From positions 1-26,370 of IMG/VR virus record IMGVR_UViG_3300020045_005304: a stretch of DNA of 26,370 nt; one strand, written 5' to 3'. The position numbers were made by a program, and so were the translations under genes. Source of the stretch: a virus (Duplodnaviria; Caudoviricetes). Of this stretch, positions 1 to 9,857 are shown one piece after another (within the stretch, counting starts at the first letter, position 1; each line of letters begins with the position of its first letter). The notes beneath the pieces were generated by a model. The model saw only the letters and a list, made by a program, of their open reading frames with translations, had not been told where the DNA came from and made no database searches.

Positions 1-40
1 TTTGGAAGTATTATTACTGCTGTTTTGTTAGTTGCTCCAC
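1..40. repeat. 40-bp terminal direct repeat (left copy); circularity overlap
   Basis: TTTGGAAGTATTATTACTGCTGTTTTGTTAGTTGCTCCAC is identical to 26331-26370. Confidence 0.97.
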
Positions 41-264
41 ATTTAGTTGCTTTTTGGTGGCTAATTTCTAATAACACAGGATTAGCTTTTTGGTATCATT
101 TTCACTTTACAAAGCGATACCAAAATTTATCTGTGGATGAATTGACCAGAATTAATATTTACTCTGAAAAGATGATTAATAATGGGCATAAAAATAGTAA
201 AGTAATAGCTATATGGATGAAAAAAATTAATAAACGACATAATTATACATTCGTAAAAAGATAA
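1..264 (+). CDS. 3' part of a membrane protein that starts at 26220 and crosses the circular junction
   Basis: The frame from ATG 26220 continues through the repeat (FGSIITAVLLVAPHLVAFWW...) to the stop at 264; hydrophobic N-terminal half. Confidence 0.8.
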   Translation, partial: FGSIITAVLLVAPHLVAFWWLISNNTGLAFWYHFHFTKRYQNLSVDELTRINIYSEKMINNGHKNSKVIAIWMKKINKRHNYTFVKR

Positions 265-270
265 TTTCAA

Positions 271-909
271 ATGCTCCACCTAATCCACACCCCCGCCACC
301 ATGACCGTCCGCCAATATGCACGGTACGAAGCAGACCGCAACCCGCGTTTGCTATTCAGGCGTTTTGCATGGTTGCCGGTTCAGTGGTTTGATAAACAGA
401 TTGAAAAGTTTACCGAAGACTTTAACGCAATGTTTTCACCGGCTGAATCAGGCGAACTACACAGGCAGGTTGAAAAGCTAATCTACCAAAACAGATTAAT
501 ACGTATGCAGGCATGGGCTGAAGCTATTCACGTTCACTTGGTACACAAAGCACAGTTAGATTATCAATGCTCGAAACTTGGCATTAAGCGTGAACCGGAT
601 GTGAAGTTAGCCGAATACATTGAACAGATTTATACCTACACAGGGCAGAAAATCGAAACGTTACAAGATGTTGAGGCGTTCATGGATGAGATTGAAAGGC
701 TGGTTGACAAATACGGCGAAATGTTTCCTGAGAAAGCACCCGTTAAAAGTGCTACAATCATGGAACTGTTTTACGTTTATTGCTCAATATTGGAAGTAAA
801 CCCGCAATATACTGATATGCTGTTAGTTGAATTTGCCGACCTGAAAAAGCAGGCAGAAGAACGAAGCCGGAAAATGCAAGAACAAATAAAGAAAAAACAA
901 TATGGCTGA
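271..909 (+). CDS. putative tail assembly chaperone
   Basis: 212 aa, helical; immediately upstream of and overlapping the tape measure gene (positional inference). Confidence 0.55.
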   Translation: MLHLIHTPATMTVRQYARYEADRNPRLLFRRFAWLPVQWFDKQIEKFTEDFNAMFSPAESGELHRQVEKLIYQNRLIRMQAWAEAIHVHLVHKAQLDYQCSKLGIKREPDVKLAEYIEQIYTYTGQKIETLQDVEAFMDEIERLVDKYGEMFPEKAPVKSATIMELFYVYCSILEVNPQYTDMLLVEFADLKKQAEERSRKMQEQIKKKQYG

Positions 910-3514
910 AATAGAATCAATTATATCAAAAGAAGCAATCGACGGAATAAAGGCAGCTGACGAAGCGTTAAAACTGTTTGATACTAATATGCAAGCCAGT
1001 TTAAAGGCGTTAACTCAGTATGCAGCAGATTTAAAAAAGCAAGGGTTAACGTTTAAAGATTTAGCCAATGCTTCAAAAGCATTAGCAGCTGAACAGAAAA
1101 AGCAAAACGATATAGTAAAGCAATCCGAAAAGATAATTAAAGAGGCTGAATCTGCATATAAAGCACTCGACAAGCAAAGGCAGGCTGGATTAGCAAAAAT
1201 GGCAGCAGAGGAAGCAAAGCAAAGACAATATAATTCCACTGAACAGGTAGCCATAAGGCAAAACAAACAGTTAACAGAGGATATAAAAAGGCTTACAAAG
1301 GTAGGAGAGAAGAGATCAAATGACATGGCTAAAGAGGCCGCAACACTTGCCAAATTAGCAGCCAAAGAGAAGGAACATACTGAGGCATTGAAACTTGAAG
1401 TAAAGACAGTTAACGATGCAATCCGGCAAAACAAAGCACTGACAGCAGAACGGAACAAAGCTGCAACGACATTCGGCAAGCAGTCGGCAGAAGTGCAAGC
1501 ATATAACAGACAGTTACAGGCTAATACTGAATTTATCCGCAACAACGGTACTGCAATGGAAAAGCAGCGGATGAATATTGGTAATTATAAATCTGCTTTG
1601 GCTGGTATTGGAACGTCGTTAGCGGGGGCATTTTCTGTTACGGCTGTTTTGGCGTTTGGTAAGGCTTCGTTTGCTGCATTTGAGGAGCAAGAACAAGCAA
1701 ATAGAAAACTACTTTTCTCATTGAAAGGTAACAAACAGGCATTTAAAGAACTCACTGAACAGGCAAACGATTTCCAGAGCAGAACAGGAATTGCAGACGA
1801 TGCAATACAAGGCATTCAAACACTTGCAGCAGAAGCCGGAAAAAGCACTGTTGAGATTAAGAAAATAACTGAGGCTTCGATAAACTGGAGCAAAATAACA
1901 GGGCAAGATTTACAAAGCGCATACCTACAAGTTAACGCAACATTAAACGGAACCGCCGGCAGACTTACAAGGGTTGATGCTGAGTTCGGAAAACTAACAA
2001 AATCACAACTTGAATCAGGTGCAGCGATTGACCTGATTAATACAAAATACAAAGACTTTGCCGAAAATGCAGCCAGCGATACCGAAAAACTATCAGCGAA
2101 CTGGGGCGAATTTATTGAAATGGTCGGTTCTGGAGTTGCTAAAGTTGCAGTGCCGGCACTAAATTCTATTAATACACTGCTCAGGATTACAACAGCCGAT
2201 TCGCTTACATTCATGGATAAACTCAGGGCATTAACACAGGGGGCCGCCGGAGTTGCTGTTGCGATGGGGCAAATTGAAGGTAACAAGATTGCAGAGGCTA
2301 ATAAATCAAACGCACAAAACAGCGCAATAAGAAACGACCCTGCAACACAAACCTTAATAGCACAGGCGCAAGCATCAGGAAAGGCAAAAGCGCAATTACT
2401 TGACTATTCGGCAGCGTTTGAAGAGTACGAAAAAAGCCAGAAAAAAACATCCGATAAGGTTAATAAACAAGTCGGTGAATATGCTATGTTAACGCAAAAG
2501 TTATCCGATGCAAAAGAAGCAATGTTAAACATGCTGGCCGCAGGAGAAACACCAACAGATCAGGCACGTAAAAATATCAGAGATTTAGAGGTTCAAATTT
2601 ACAATATTGAACAGGCTGCAAAAGACGCAGCAAAAGAATTGATAACACTTGCAGCACCATTAGCAGCAAATCAAATCGGGGATAGAAAAACAGGCAACAC
2701 AAGCATATTGCAAAAACGTGCTTCGGTCGGTTCGGGTGGAGCGGCAGCAAACGCGGCACCTGGTTTATTTTCAAATCCTGAAGCCGTTACAGAACTGGCT
2801 ATTTCAACGGCTCAAACCACCTCCGACACAATCTTCTCAATCATAGCACAATCCACCACGGCCGAATATGACCTGAAACTTTCATTGCTTGACAAAGAAA
2901 AAGAAGCTAAACTGGCTAATGCAAACCTGACAGAAAAGCAACGGTTAAAGATTGAACAGGACTACGCAAAGAAAGCCGCTAAAATAAAAACCGAACAGTT
3001 TAAGAAAGAAAAGGCCGCAAGCATCATTCAGTCAATTATAAATACGGCTGTATCTGTAACTGCAAACCTGAAAAATCCATTGTTAGCTATTGCAGCCGGA
3101 ATAGCCGGAGCAGCACAAACGGCTATTATTGCAAGTCAGGATGTACCGCAATTCGATGCCGGAGTACTTAAAACACCTTCCGAATTTATCGCTGGTGAAC
3201 GCAGACCGGAATGGATGATTGAACCTTCAGGTCGTGTTCAGTTGGTTACGAAGCCGACACACTTCAAAAACATGGCCGGTGCAACTGTTATCGGTGGAGC
3301 CGAAACACAACGAATGCTTCAGCAAGGTATTGCGCCGGCAGCGGCAGATATACGGCCAGATATTCAGGCAATGCGGGCAGATATTGTCAATGCAATACGC
3401 AACAAAGCAGAACTACATATATCTGGTTCAAGCGGACGTATTACAGAGCGTACCGGAAATTATTACAAAACATACTTTAATAAAAAGGTTAGATGGGCAG
3501 GAAGGAACAATTAG
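902..3514 (+). CDS. tail tape measure protein
   Basis: 870 aa, Ala/Lys/Gln-rich coiled coil; RMNIGNY motif, hydrophobic segments, and a C-terminal GAAQTAIIASQ..PQFDAG..AGERRPE region typical of Bacteroidota siphophage TMPs. Confidence 0.88.
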   Translation: MAEIESIISKEAIDGIKAADEALKLFDTNMQASLKALTQYAADLKKQGLTFKDLANASKALAAEQKKQNDIVKQSEKIIKEAESAYKALDKQRQAGLAKMAAEEAKQRQYNSTEQVAIRQNKQLTEDIKRLTKVGEKRSNDMAKEAATLAKLAAKEKEHTEALKLEVKTVNDAIRQNKALTAERNKAATTFGKQSAEVQAYNRQLQANTEFIRNNGTAMEKQRMNIGNYKSALAGIGTSLAGAFSVTAVLAFGKASFAAFEEQEQANRKLLFSLKGNKQAFKELTEQANDFQSRTGIADDAIQGIQTLAAEAGKSTVEIKKITEASINWSKITGQDLQSAYLQVNATLNGTAGRLTRVDAEFGKLTKSQLESGAAIDLINTKYKDFAENAASDTEKLSANWGEFIEMVGSGVAKVAVPALNSINTLLRITTADSLTFMDKLRALTQGAAGVAVAMGQIEGNKIAEANKSNAQNSAIRNDPATQTLIAQAQASGKAKAQLLDYSAAFEEYEKSQKKTSDKVNKQVGEYAMLTQKLSDAKEAMLNMLAAGETPTDQARKNIRDLEVQIYNIEQAAKDAAKELITLAAPLAANQIGDRKTGNTSILQKRASVGSGGAAANAAPGLFSNPEAVTELAISTAQTTSDTIFSIIAQSTTAEYDLKLSLLDKEKEAKLANANLTEKQRLKIEQDYAKKAAKIKTEQFKKEKAASIIQSIINTAVSVTANLKNPLLAIAAGIAGAAQTAIIASQDVPQFDAGVLKTPSEFIAGERRPEWMIEPSGRVQLVTKPTHFKNMAGATVIGGAETQRMLQQGIAPAAADIRPDIQAMRADIVNAIRNKAELHISGSSGRITERTGNYYKTYFNKKVRWAGRNN

Positions 3515-6468
3515 AAGCACTTAACACTCCGATTGACGGCAAACGGTTTGTTTTCACATTGCAGCACGGTTCTGAGGCAGCATACACATTGAAATATGCT
3601 CCTGACGGATGGGCGGATGATGAATATAAGCTGGTCCGTGATATGAAGTTTTACGGTGTGTTTCGCAAGTTCACAGCCGCGGAAATGAAGTTTGTAAAAG
3701 ATGGGCGTGATTTCGTAAAAGATGCTTACGACACGGACGGAATTAACGCGCTGGTATCGTTTACTGTTACAGAGTACAATACTTTCGGACAGTCGCGGGT
3801 AAGGTTCTTAGGCCGGCTGGATTACAGCACATATAAATTAACCGAACTTTCAGCAGATATTCAGGTTATTGACGGGGCATTTACTGACATTCTACTGAAC
3901 AGGTGGAACAGTGAAATAAACCTATTCGCGGCTAAAGATTCAGACGGTAACGCACTTTCGGCACTTACTACTCAGTACATCAATATGCCCGAAATCAATA
4001 TCCGGCAGGTTGCGAACTGGTCAGGGTATGATTATACGACTGTTTACAACGGTTTGCATTATATGTTTATGCGTGTAGTCAATTCAGAATATGACGAGGC
4101 GTTCAATGTTGAGGCATACGGGTTCAACTTCTTTCGGGTTGCGGCTGAGGAATACACATCGGCAAACCTGAACTTAAAACTGCAAGCTACATTGAACGGC
4201 AACAACTCATCGGCCAGGTTCACATGGAATTACTACATATCGCGATGGGTTGGCGGAACAGAAACAGTAATTTATACCGGTTCAGTTCAGGGACTTGGCA
4301 GTTATCCGTTAGCCGTTGACATTGATCTGACCGAAGTTATAACTATTAATGTCGGTGATTCGCTTAGTTTGCGGGGTGATATTACAAACACAGTCGGAAC
4401 AGGTACGATTCAGTTCAGTAACATCGAATTGAACCTTGCAACTCAAATCGAAAGCATAATAGGTCGTGAACTTTACATGGTGCAGATACATGAAGCATTT
4501 GAGCGGATTGTGGCTAATTACACAGGCTTAACAGGCCGGTTTAAATCTGACTTCTTCGGGCGCACTGATATTGGTTATGATGTTGACGGTGAATTGCTGG
4601 CAATCACAACAGGTCGTTATATCCGGAATAACTTCGGATTGAACAATACTATGCCGGTATCAGGTGAAAAGTTATTTGATACGGTAAAGGCAATATTCAA
4701 TGTCGGGATGGGTATTGAAGTAATTGATGGAGTTGAAAAGTTGGTAATTGAACCTATGAGTTATTTCCTATCGGATTCCGTTGTATTGAATGTTTCTGAT
4801 AGGATAGCATCGGAAACGATAATTAGAGAGGTTTATCCTGAATTGATATTTAACAGAATTTCAGTCGGGTTCAACTCTTACGAATACCGTTCATTGGGTG
4901 GCGTGTATGAATACAACACAACATCAAAGTACACCAACATTATTAAACCGGTTGACCGTGAACTGAATGCTGTTGCACCTTATCGGGCTGATATGTCAGG
5001 CGTTATTGCACTATTGACAGAACCAGCAGAAAATAAAGACGTTTCAGGCGAATCGGATATTTTCCTGTTCGATATTGTTCGCGATGGTTCTGATTACCTT
5101 ATTCAAACAACTGAAGGATTCGATCAGGCTGAAGACTTCGGAGGCCGTGACACGCTGTTCAATGTCAGGTTATCCCCTGCCCGTAACATCAGGCGGCACG
5201 GTTCATTTATCCGTGGATTTATTGACAAATATCTAAGCAGTTCGCTGCAATGGCAAACGGCAGACAAGAACACGAAACTGAGGAGCACAGAAACTGGACA
5301 GAGTGAAATAATCGAAAATGCTGACATCGCTGTTAATACTCTTGATACTCCGTTTTGGGTGGCTGAAACGATGCAATTTGAAGTGCCGGCACTTGAAACA
5401 GATATTGAAGTTATACAGGCGAACCCGTACGGACTAATTCAATGTTCTGATACTGAATATGGGTACCTGTTGGACTACACTTCGAAAAATGAAAACGGCA
5501 AATCTGAATATCTGTTATTGAAGTGTAACACTGCTTATGTTACTCCGGAAGGCGATCCTATTTATCCTACACGGTTGACAATCAAAAAGTTGGTTAACAA
5601 TGCCGTGTATGATATGACTGTTTTTAAGGTTGACATTGTCGGTGATAATGGAATATCTTACATCGGAGTGCCGTTTTCAATGGTTGGATTTGCTGTACTT
5701 GAATCAATACCTTACGGGACTTACACTATTTCGGAACACACTGAAACAGGTTATACGCTTGTGGGCTATACACCAGGAACCGAAATAGTGATTGATGCGG
5801 ATAATTTGAGGGTGGATGTGATAATTGAGAATGTTAAATTAGAAGAATTAAAATACGGAGCTTTGTATAATTGGTATGCTGCAACAGATGCAAGGGAGAT
5901 TACAAGTAGCGGGTGGGAAATACCAACACAGGCGCAAATAGAAACGTTACGTGATTATGTTGGCGGATTCACTGTTGCAGGTGGTAAACTAAAAGAAACA
6001 GGAACAGATTATTGGAATACACCTAATGAGGGAGCTGAAAATGCTTATCAATTCAACGCACGAGGCATCGGAAGTAGAGCAGCACTTGGAGCGTTCTTAA
6101 ATCTTAAAAACGTAATGAATATTTTATCTAAAACAGTTATAGGTGGAACAAGTCATTATCTTTTAAGCATCAGCACATCAGTAGCATCGACTTCAAATAT
6201 TGCTTCACCAAAATATTATGGCAATGCAATAAGACTAATCAAAACCACAACCACACTCACACACGGACAAACCGGACTATACACAGGCAATGACGGCAAA
6301 GTTTATCGGACAATTTGCATCGGCACTCAGGAATGGGTAGCGGATAACCTCAATGAAACTAAATACCGTAACGGTGATGTAATTCCAATTGTAACAGATG
6401 CGACCGCGTGGGCTGCATTGTCGACCGGTGCCAGATGTTCATACAATAACGACGATTCAAACTTATAA
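3493..6468 (+). CDS. tail tip/hub protein with a Cna-B/SpaA-like Ig domain and a C-terminal circularly permuted FISUMP (Fib_succ_major) domain
   Basis: 991 aa beta-rich protein after the TMP; LTIKK...IPYGTYTISE Ig motif; YGALYNWYA, GGKLKETG, DGKVYRTICIGTQEWVADNL FISUMP motifs. Confidence 0.8.
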   Translation: MGRKEQLEALNTPIDGKRFVFTLQHGSEAAYTLKYAPDGWADDEYKLVRDMKFYGVFRKFTAAEMKFVKDGRDFVKDAYDTDGINALVSFTVTEYNTFGQSRVRFLGRLDYSTYKLTELSADIQVIDGAFTDILLNRWNSEINLFAAKDSDGNALSALTTQYINMPEINIRQVANWSGYDYTTVYNGLHYMFMRVVNSEYDEAFNVEAYGFNFFRVAAEEYTSANLNLKLQATLNGNNSSARFTWNYYISRWVGGTETVIYTGSVQGLGSYPLAVDIDLTEVITINVGDSLSLRGDITNTVGTGTIQFSNIELNLATQIESIIGRELYMVQIHEAFERIVANYTGLTGRFKSDFFGRTDIGYDVDGELLAITTGRYIRNNFGLNNTMPVSGEKLFDTVKAIFNVGMGIEVIDGVEKLVIEPMSYFLSDSVVLNVSDRIASETIIREVYPELIFNRISVGFNSYEYRSLGGVYEYNTTSKYTNIIKPVDRELNAVAPYRADMSGVIALLTEPAENKDVSGESDIFLFDIVRDGSDYLIQTTEGFDQAEDFGGRDTLFNVRLSPARNIRRHGSFIRGFIDKYLSSSLQWQTADKNTKLRSTETGQSEIIENADIAVNTLDTPFWVAETMQFEVPALETDIEVIQANPYGLIQCSDTEYGYLLDYTSKNENGKSEYLLLKCNTAYVTPEGDPIYPTRLTIKKLVNNAVYDMTVFKVDIVGDNGISYIGVPFSMVGFAVLESIPYGTYTISEHTETGYTLVGYTPGTEIVIDADNLRVDVIIENVKLEELKYGALYNWYAATDAREITSSGWEIPTQAQIETLRDYVGGFTVAGGKLKETGTDYWNTPNEGAENAYQFNARGIGSRAALGAFLNLKNVMNILSKTVIGGTSHYLLSISTSVASTSNIASPKYYGNAIRLIKTTTTLTHGQTGLYTGNDGKVYRTICIGTQEWVADNLNETKYRNGDVIPIVTDATAWAALSTGARCSYNNDDSNL

Positions 6469-6472
6469 CCAT

Positions 6473-7246
6473 ATGCTAAACATCCCCATCCCTCAATCCG
6501 TAAAATTCCGGCCAATCAACACAAACCGGCCAAACTTCGACAATGTTTTTGCCGCTGATACCGGTTCAGTGCCGTATGCGTTTACTCTTTCAGTGCCGGC
6601 TCAGGAGGTAATGTTTCAGGTTGTAACGCCGGATGACAATGAAACATATTCATACCTGCACCTAATTCACAACGGAACGGACACACTTATAACAGTTGAT
6701 TCAACCTCATTCATAGGGCAGCTAAAGTTCGAAACGTATCTTGTCGACTTCTCACTGTATGCCGGACAATGTTGTTATTTTGAATGTTATGAGGGTGTGT
6801 TATCTGACCCGCAAGTATTGAAATACAGATCAGAACGGTTCAAAGTCGAAACGCAGCCTGATTACTTATTAATAGAGTGGAGGAACTCCGTTTCAGGTTT
6901 TCAGATGGATTATTCATCCGGACTTATTCATGTGATGCAGATTGAAGGTACATTCGACGATTACGGAACAGGCGGCAGTTCATCAGTGTACAGCAATCAG
7001 GGTGAAGAAACTAAACTGAAAGAGATTGTGCAGCGCGTTTTTACTTTGAACTGCCAAGTACCTGGTTATATTGCTGACATTTTAATTAACGCACTTGCAC
7101 ACGATAGATTTTATATTAACGAAATTGAATATGTTAGCGTAAAGGCTGCAAACCTGACGCGATTAGGCCGCACTGACTTATACACTTTAACGGCTGAACT
7201 AACTCAAAAAACTATTGTCGGGCTGAATACGCACGATGTCGGATAA
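6473..7246 (+). CDS. putative tail (distal/baseplate) protein
   Basis: Likely start is ATG 6473, just after the upstream stop; about 257 aa, beta-rich, within the tail module. Confidence 0.6.
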   Translation: MLNIPIPQSVKFRPINTNRPNFDNVFAADTGSVPYAFTLSVPAQEVMFQVVTPDDNETYSYLHLIHNGTDTLITVDSTSFIGQLKFETYLVDFSLYAGQCCYFECYEGVLSDPQVLKYRSERFKVETQPDYLLIEWRNSVSGFQMDYSSGLIHVMQIEGTFDDYGTGGSSSVYSNQGEETKLKEIVQRVFTLNCQVPGYIADILINALAHDRFYINEIEYVSVKAANLTRLGRTDLYTLTAELTQKTIVGLNTHDVG

Positions 7247-7299
7247 TATTTTTATTAACAAGTTGAGCAAACAGGAAATAACACTATAAATTTGCAATA

Positions 7300-8910
7300 A
7301 TGGTAACGAATTTACAAGTTATAAATCAGATATGTACAGACCTTGGCGGGGTTGCTGGGCATGTTATTAATGTGTCAGGTGAAAACGAAATCTGTACTCT
7401 GCTAGGTGGTACCGGCGGGCATTCGCTGGAGATCAACGCACTAAATGAAATATGTACACTGCAAGGCGTTACCGGCGGGCATTCGCTTGTTTTGAACGCA
7501 TTGAACGCAATAGCTGGAGCGACTTATATCACTAATTTTGCCGCATGGTCATACATTCAACAGTCGTCAGTGTTGAACTATGAAGCTGAATCAGAAGCCT
7601 ATTTTTTGCGCTTGACTGATGCACCTTCAAACGGCTATAAGTTACTTGTTAATTCTTTAATTAAAAACTTAAAGGATGCAACTAAGTGGGAGCGTGGCGC
7701 ATTGTGGGGAAGATCAGATCAAATACTTTTGTTTTCAGGACACAAATCAACTGCAAATGCTTTATTGAACGTAAAAGCAAATCAGTTCAATGCAACCGAA
7801 AATCAAAGCCCTAAACTTTCATCAAAAGGGTATAGAACAGGATATGTTGACAATGATTTTATAAACACAAACTTTAATCCATATTCTCAGGCGAGTAATT
7901 TTAAAATTGCAGATGGAGCAATATCAATATTTTCAATTACTCAAACAAGGGGGTTAGCTGGTGCAGGCGGTTATGATTTTGGAAGTTTAACAGGTAATGG
8001 GTTTACAGGAGTAACAACAAATATTTTATCCGGTAAAACTTATGCGGGTATTGGCAGCACTTTAATTCAAGTAGGTACAACATTGCAAAAAAGAGGATTA
8101 ATTGTAACAACTAGACTCGGAACAACTTTAACTGTTTATAAAAATAAGGTTAAAAATGCAGATGTAACTTGCACAAATCAAGCATTTTCAAATCGTAATA
8201 TTTGGATTGGTGGATATAATGAAAGTACAATTAAAACGCCTGCAAGAAGCCGATACGGTGCATACATTGTAAGTGATGCACTAACAGAAGCAGAAGTTAC
8301 AACACTTGATACCTTGCTTAATGATTTTATCACAAACTCAACGCAATATTTTGCAGCAACATCAAAAGTGTTAGTATGTGATGGCAACAGCCTTACTAAA
8401 GGCACAGGAGCTGTACAGTCAGTAAGTGATTTCCCCGCGCAGTTGAATATGCCAACATGGACTATCGTGAATCTTGGTGTAGCGTCACAAAGAACAGTAA
8501 CAATGACTGCAAACGCAGTTGAAAACGTTGATACTGATTTTTACGAGGCAAAAAACACAAAGAATGTTGTTTTAGCGTGGGAGATAATCAACGATTTAGG
8601 AAGTGTAATTAACGACCAGGCAATTGCAAACTTTTGGGAATATTGTGACGCAAGGAGAGCCGCAGGATGGAAAGTGGTAATATGTACATTAATTGCACAT
8701 ACGACACTACAAACCAAAATAGATTACTGTAATCCTATTTTAAGAACAAATTATGCTGCTCATGCCGATGGAATAGTAGATCTGGCAGCAGATGTAAGGC
8801 TTCAGAATTGTCTTGATACTACTTATTATGATGCAGATAGAATACACCTTAATCCAACAGGTTACGGTGTAGTCGCAAGCCTTGTTAAGCCAGTAATCGA
8901 AGCACAATAA
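7300..8910 (+). CDS. tail fibre/spike with N-terminal 20-aa repeats, a central lectin-like region and a C-terminal SGNH/GDSL hydrolase
   Basis: SGNH blocks DGNSLT, NLGVASQ, EIINDL, DRIHLNPTGY; N-terminal NEICTLxGxTGGH repeats. Confidence 0.75.
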   Translation: MVTNLQVINQICTDLGGVAGHVINVSGENEICTLLGGTGGHSLEINALNEICTLQGVTGGHSLVLNALNAIAGATYITNFAAWSYIQQSSVLNYEAESEAYFLRLTDAPSNGYKLLVNSLIKNLKDATKWERGALWGRSDQILLFSGHKSTANALLNVKANQFNATENQSPKLSSKGYRTGYVDNDFINTNFNPYSQASNFKIADGAISIFSITQTRGLAGAGGYDFGSLTGNGFTGVTTNILSGKTYAGIGSTLIQVGTTLQKRGLIVTTRLGTTLTVYKNKVKNADVTCTNQAFSNRNIWIGGYNESTIKTPARSRYGAYIVSDALTEAEVTTLDTLLNDFITNSTQYFAATSKVLVCDGNSLTKGTGAVQSVSDFPAQLNMPTWTIVNLGVASQRTVTMTANAVENVDTDFYEAKNTKNVVLAWEIINDLGSVINDQAIANFWEYCDARRAAGWKVVICTLIAHTTLQTKIDYCNPILRTNYAAHADGIVDLAADVRLQNCLDTTYYDADRIHLNPTGYGVVASLVKPVIEAQ

Positions 8911-8930
8911 AATAGTTCACCTTTATAACA

Positions 8931-9254
8931 ATGAAAACCCTACTACTAATATTACTCATACTCCCCTTACTCGCAGCAGCGCAATTCAAACCAATTGCAC
9001 ATTTGGAAGCTAATGATCCAGATGGAACAGAGGTTACATGGAAGATAACAGCGGGGGATCCTGCCGGATATTTCCATATAACGCCTTGCAGTGGAGTAAT
9101 AAAGTTAGATAGTTCAGTTTACTCAACATTCACAAGACAGCGTACATTTACAATTACATTTACTTGCACCGATGAAACCGGATTGAGTAGCAAAACAATA
9201 CGCAAAATAACGCTTTACAAAACCAAACAGCCTGATATAGTTACTAAGTTATGA
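8931..9254 (+). CDS. secreted single cadherin-like domain protein
   Basis: Signal peptide MKTLLLILLILPLLAAA; AxDPDG, ITAGD..YFxI...SGVI and F.ITF.CTD cadherin-type motifs. Confidence 0.65.
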   Translation: MKTLLLILLILPLLAAAQFKPIAHLEANDPDGTEVTWKITAGDPAGYFHITPCSGVIKLDSSVYSTFTRQRTFTITFTCTDETGLSSKTIRKITLYKTKQPDIVTKL

Positions 9255-9580
9255 TTGATGAACCTTTAACCATACCGGAATTACAGCAGCAACGAATAAC
9301 GGCAGAGAGATCCGCCGGCTGGTCGGTTATCGGGTGGGTTAAGGATGGGAAGGAATGGCAGGCGGTAATGAATAAAGGTGAACAGTGGCAGCGGGTAAAT
9401 GAAAACGGAAGCACAGAAGAAAACAAAAAGCAGGAGCAAGATAAGAGTTTAGCACTGACGATTGAATATAGCGGGATGAGATATGTGGTTGATGTAGAGG
9501 CTGTTGATGTGGCCGTTACGCAGCGCAAGAAATGGCGGAAGTATCAACGTAATAAAAAAATAATAGAATATGGCAGTTGA
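9251..9580 (+). CDS. hypothetical protein
   Basis: 109 aa ORF, translationally coupled on both sides. Confidence 0.5.
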   Translation: MIDEPLTIPELQQQRITAERSAGWSVIGWVKDGKEWQAVMNKGEQWQRVNENGSTEENKKQEQDKSLALTIEYSGMRYVVDVEAVDVAVTQRKKWRKYQRNKKIIEYGS

Positions 9581-9857
9581 ACGTTCTAATCGTGAAAAGT
9601 ATTTCAATGGTGTATTGCTAACTCTTATACTTGCAGGGGTTGGCTGGAACCTGACTATTTTATCTGAAATAAAATCAGATATGAGTAAATGGATTGAACG
9701 TACTTCGAAAGTAGAAGAGAAGGTATGTAATTTAGAAAAAGATAAAGAGAAAGAGGAGAATAAAGACGAGAAAAGAGATAAGAAAATAATCTATATGGAT
9801 GCTTATCTAAGAGATAATTTCACTGACTATAAACCAGAAAATGATGAAGAAAACTAG
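9570..9857 (+). CDS. single-TM protein, possible holin/antiholin
   Basis: One N-terminal TM helix plus a charged coiled coil; located before the lysis genes. Confidence 0.45.
   Translation: MAVERSNREKYFNGVLLTLILAGVGWNLTILSEIKSDMSKWIERTSKVEEKVCNLEKDKEKEENKDEKRDKKIIYMDAYLRDNFTDYKPENDEEN

Noticed and set aside
1-40. Biological terminal repeat of a linear virion DNA
   Set aside because: It falls mid-gene and is short and exact; more simply an assembly overlap from a circular or permuted template.
1015-2286. Long minus-strand ORFs opposite the tape measure gene (also 15609-16118)
   Set aside because: Shadow frames of Ala/Lys/Glu-rich coiled-coil coding sequence, with no motifs.
5851-6468. Diversity-generating retroelement targeting the FISUMP domain
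   Set aside because: No reverse transcriptase ORF and no second copy (template repeat) differing at adenines was seen on the circle.
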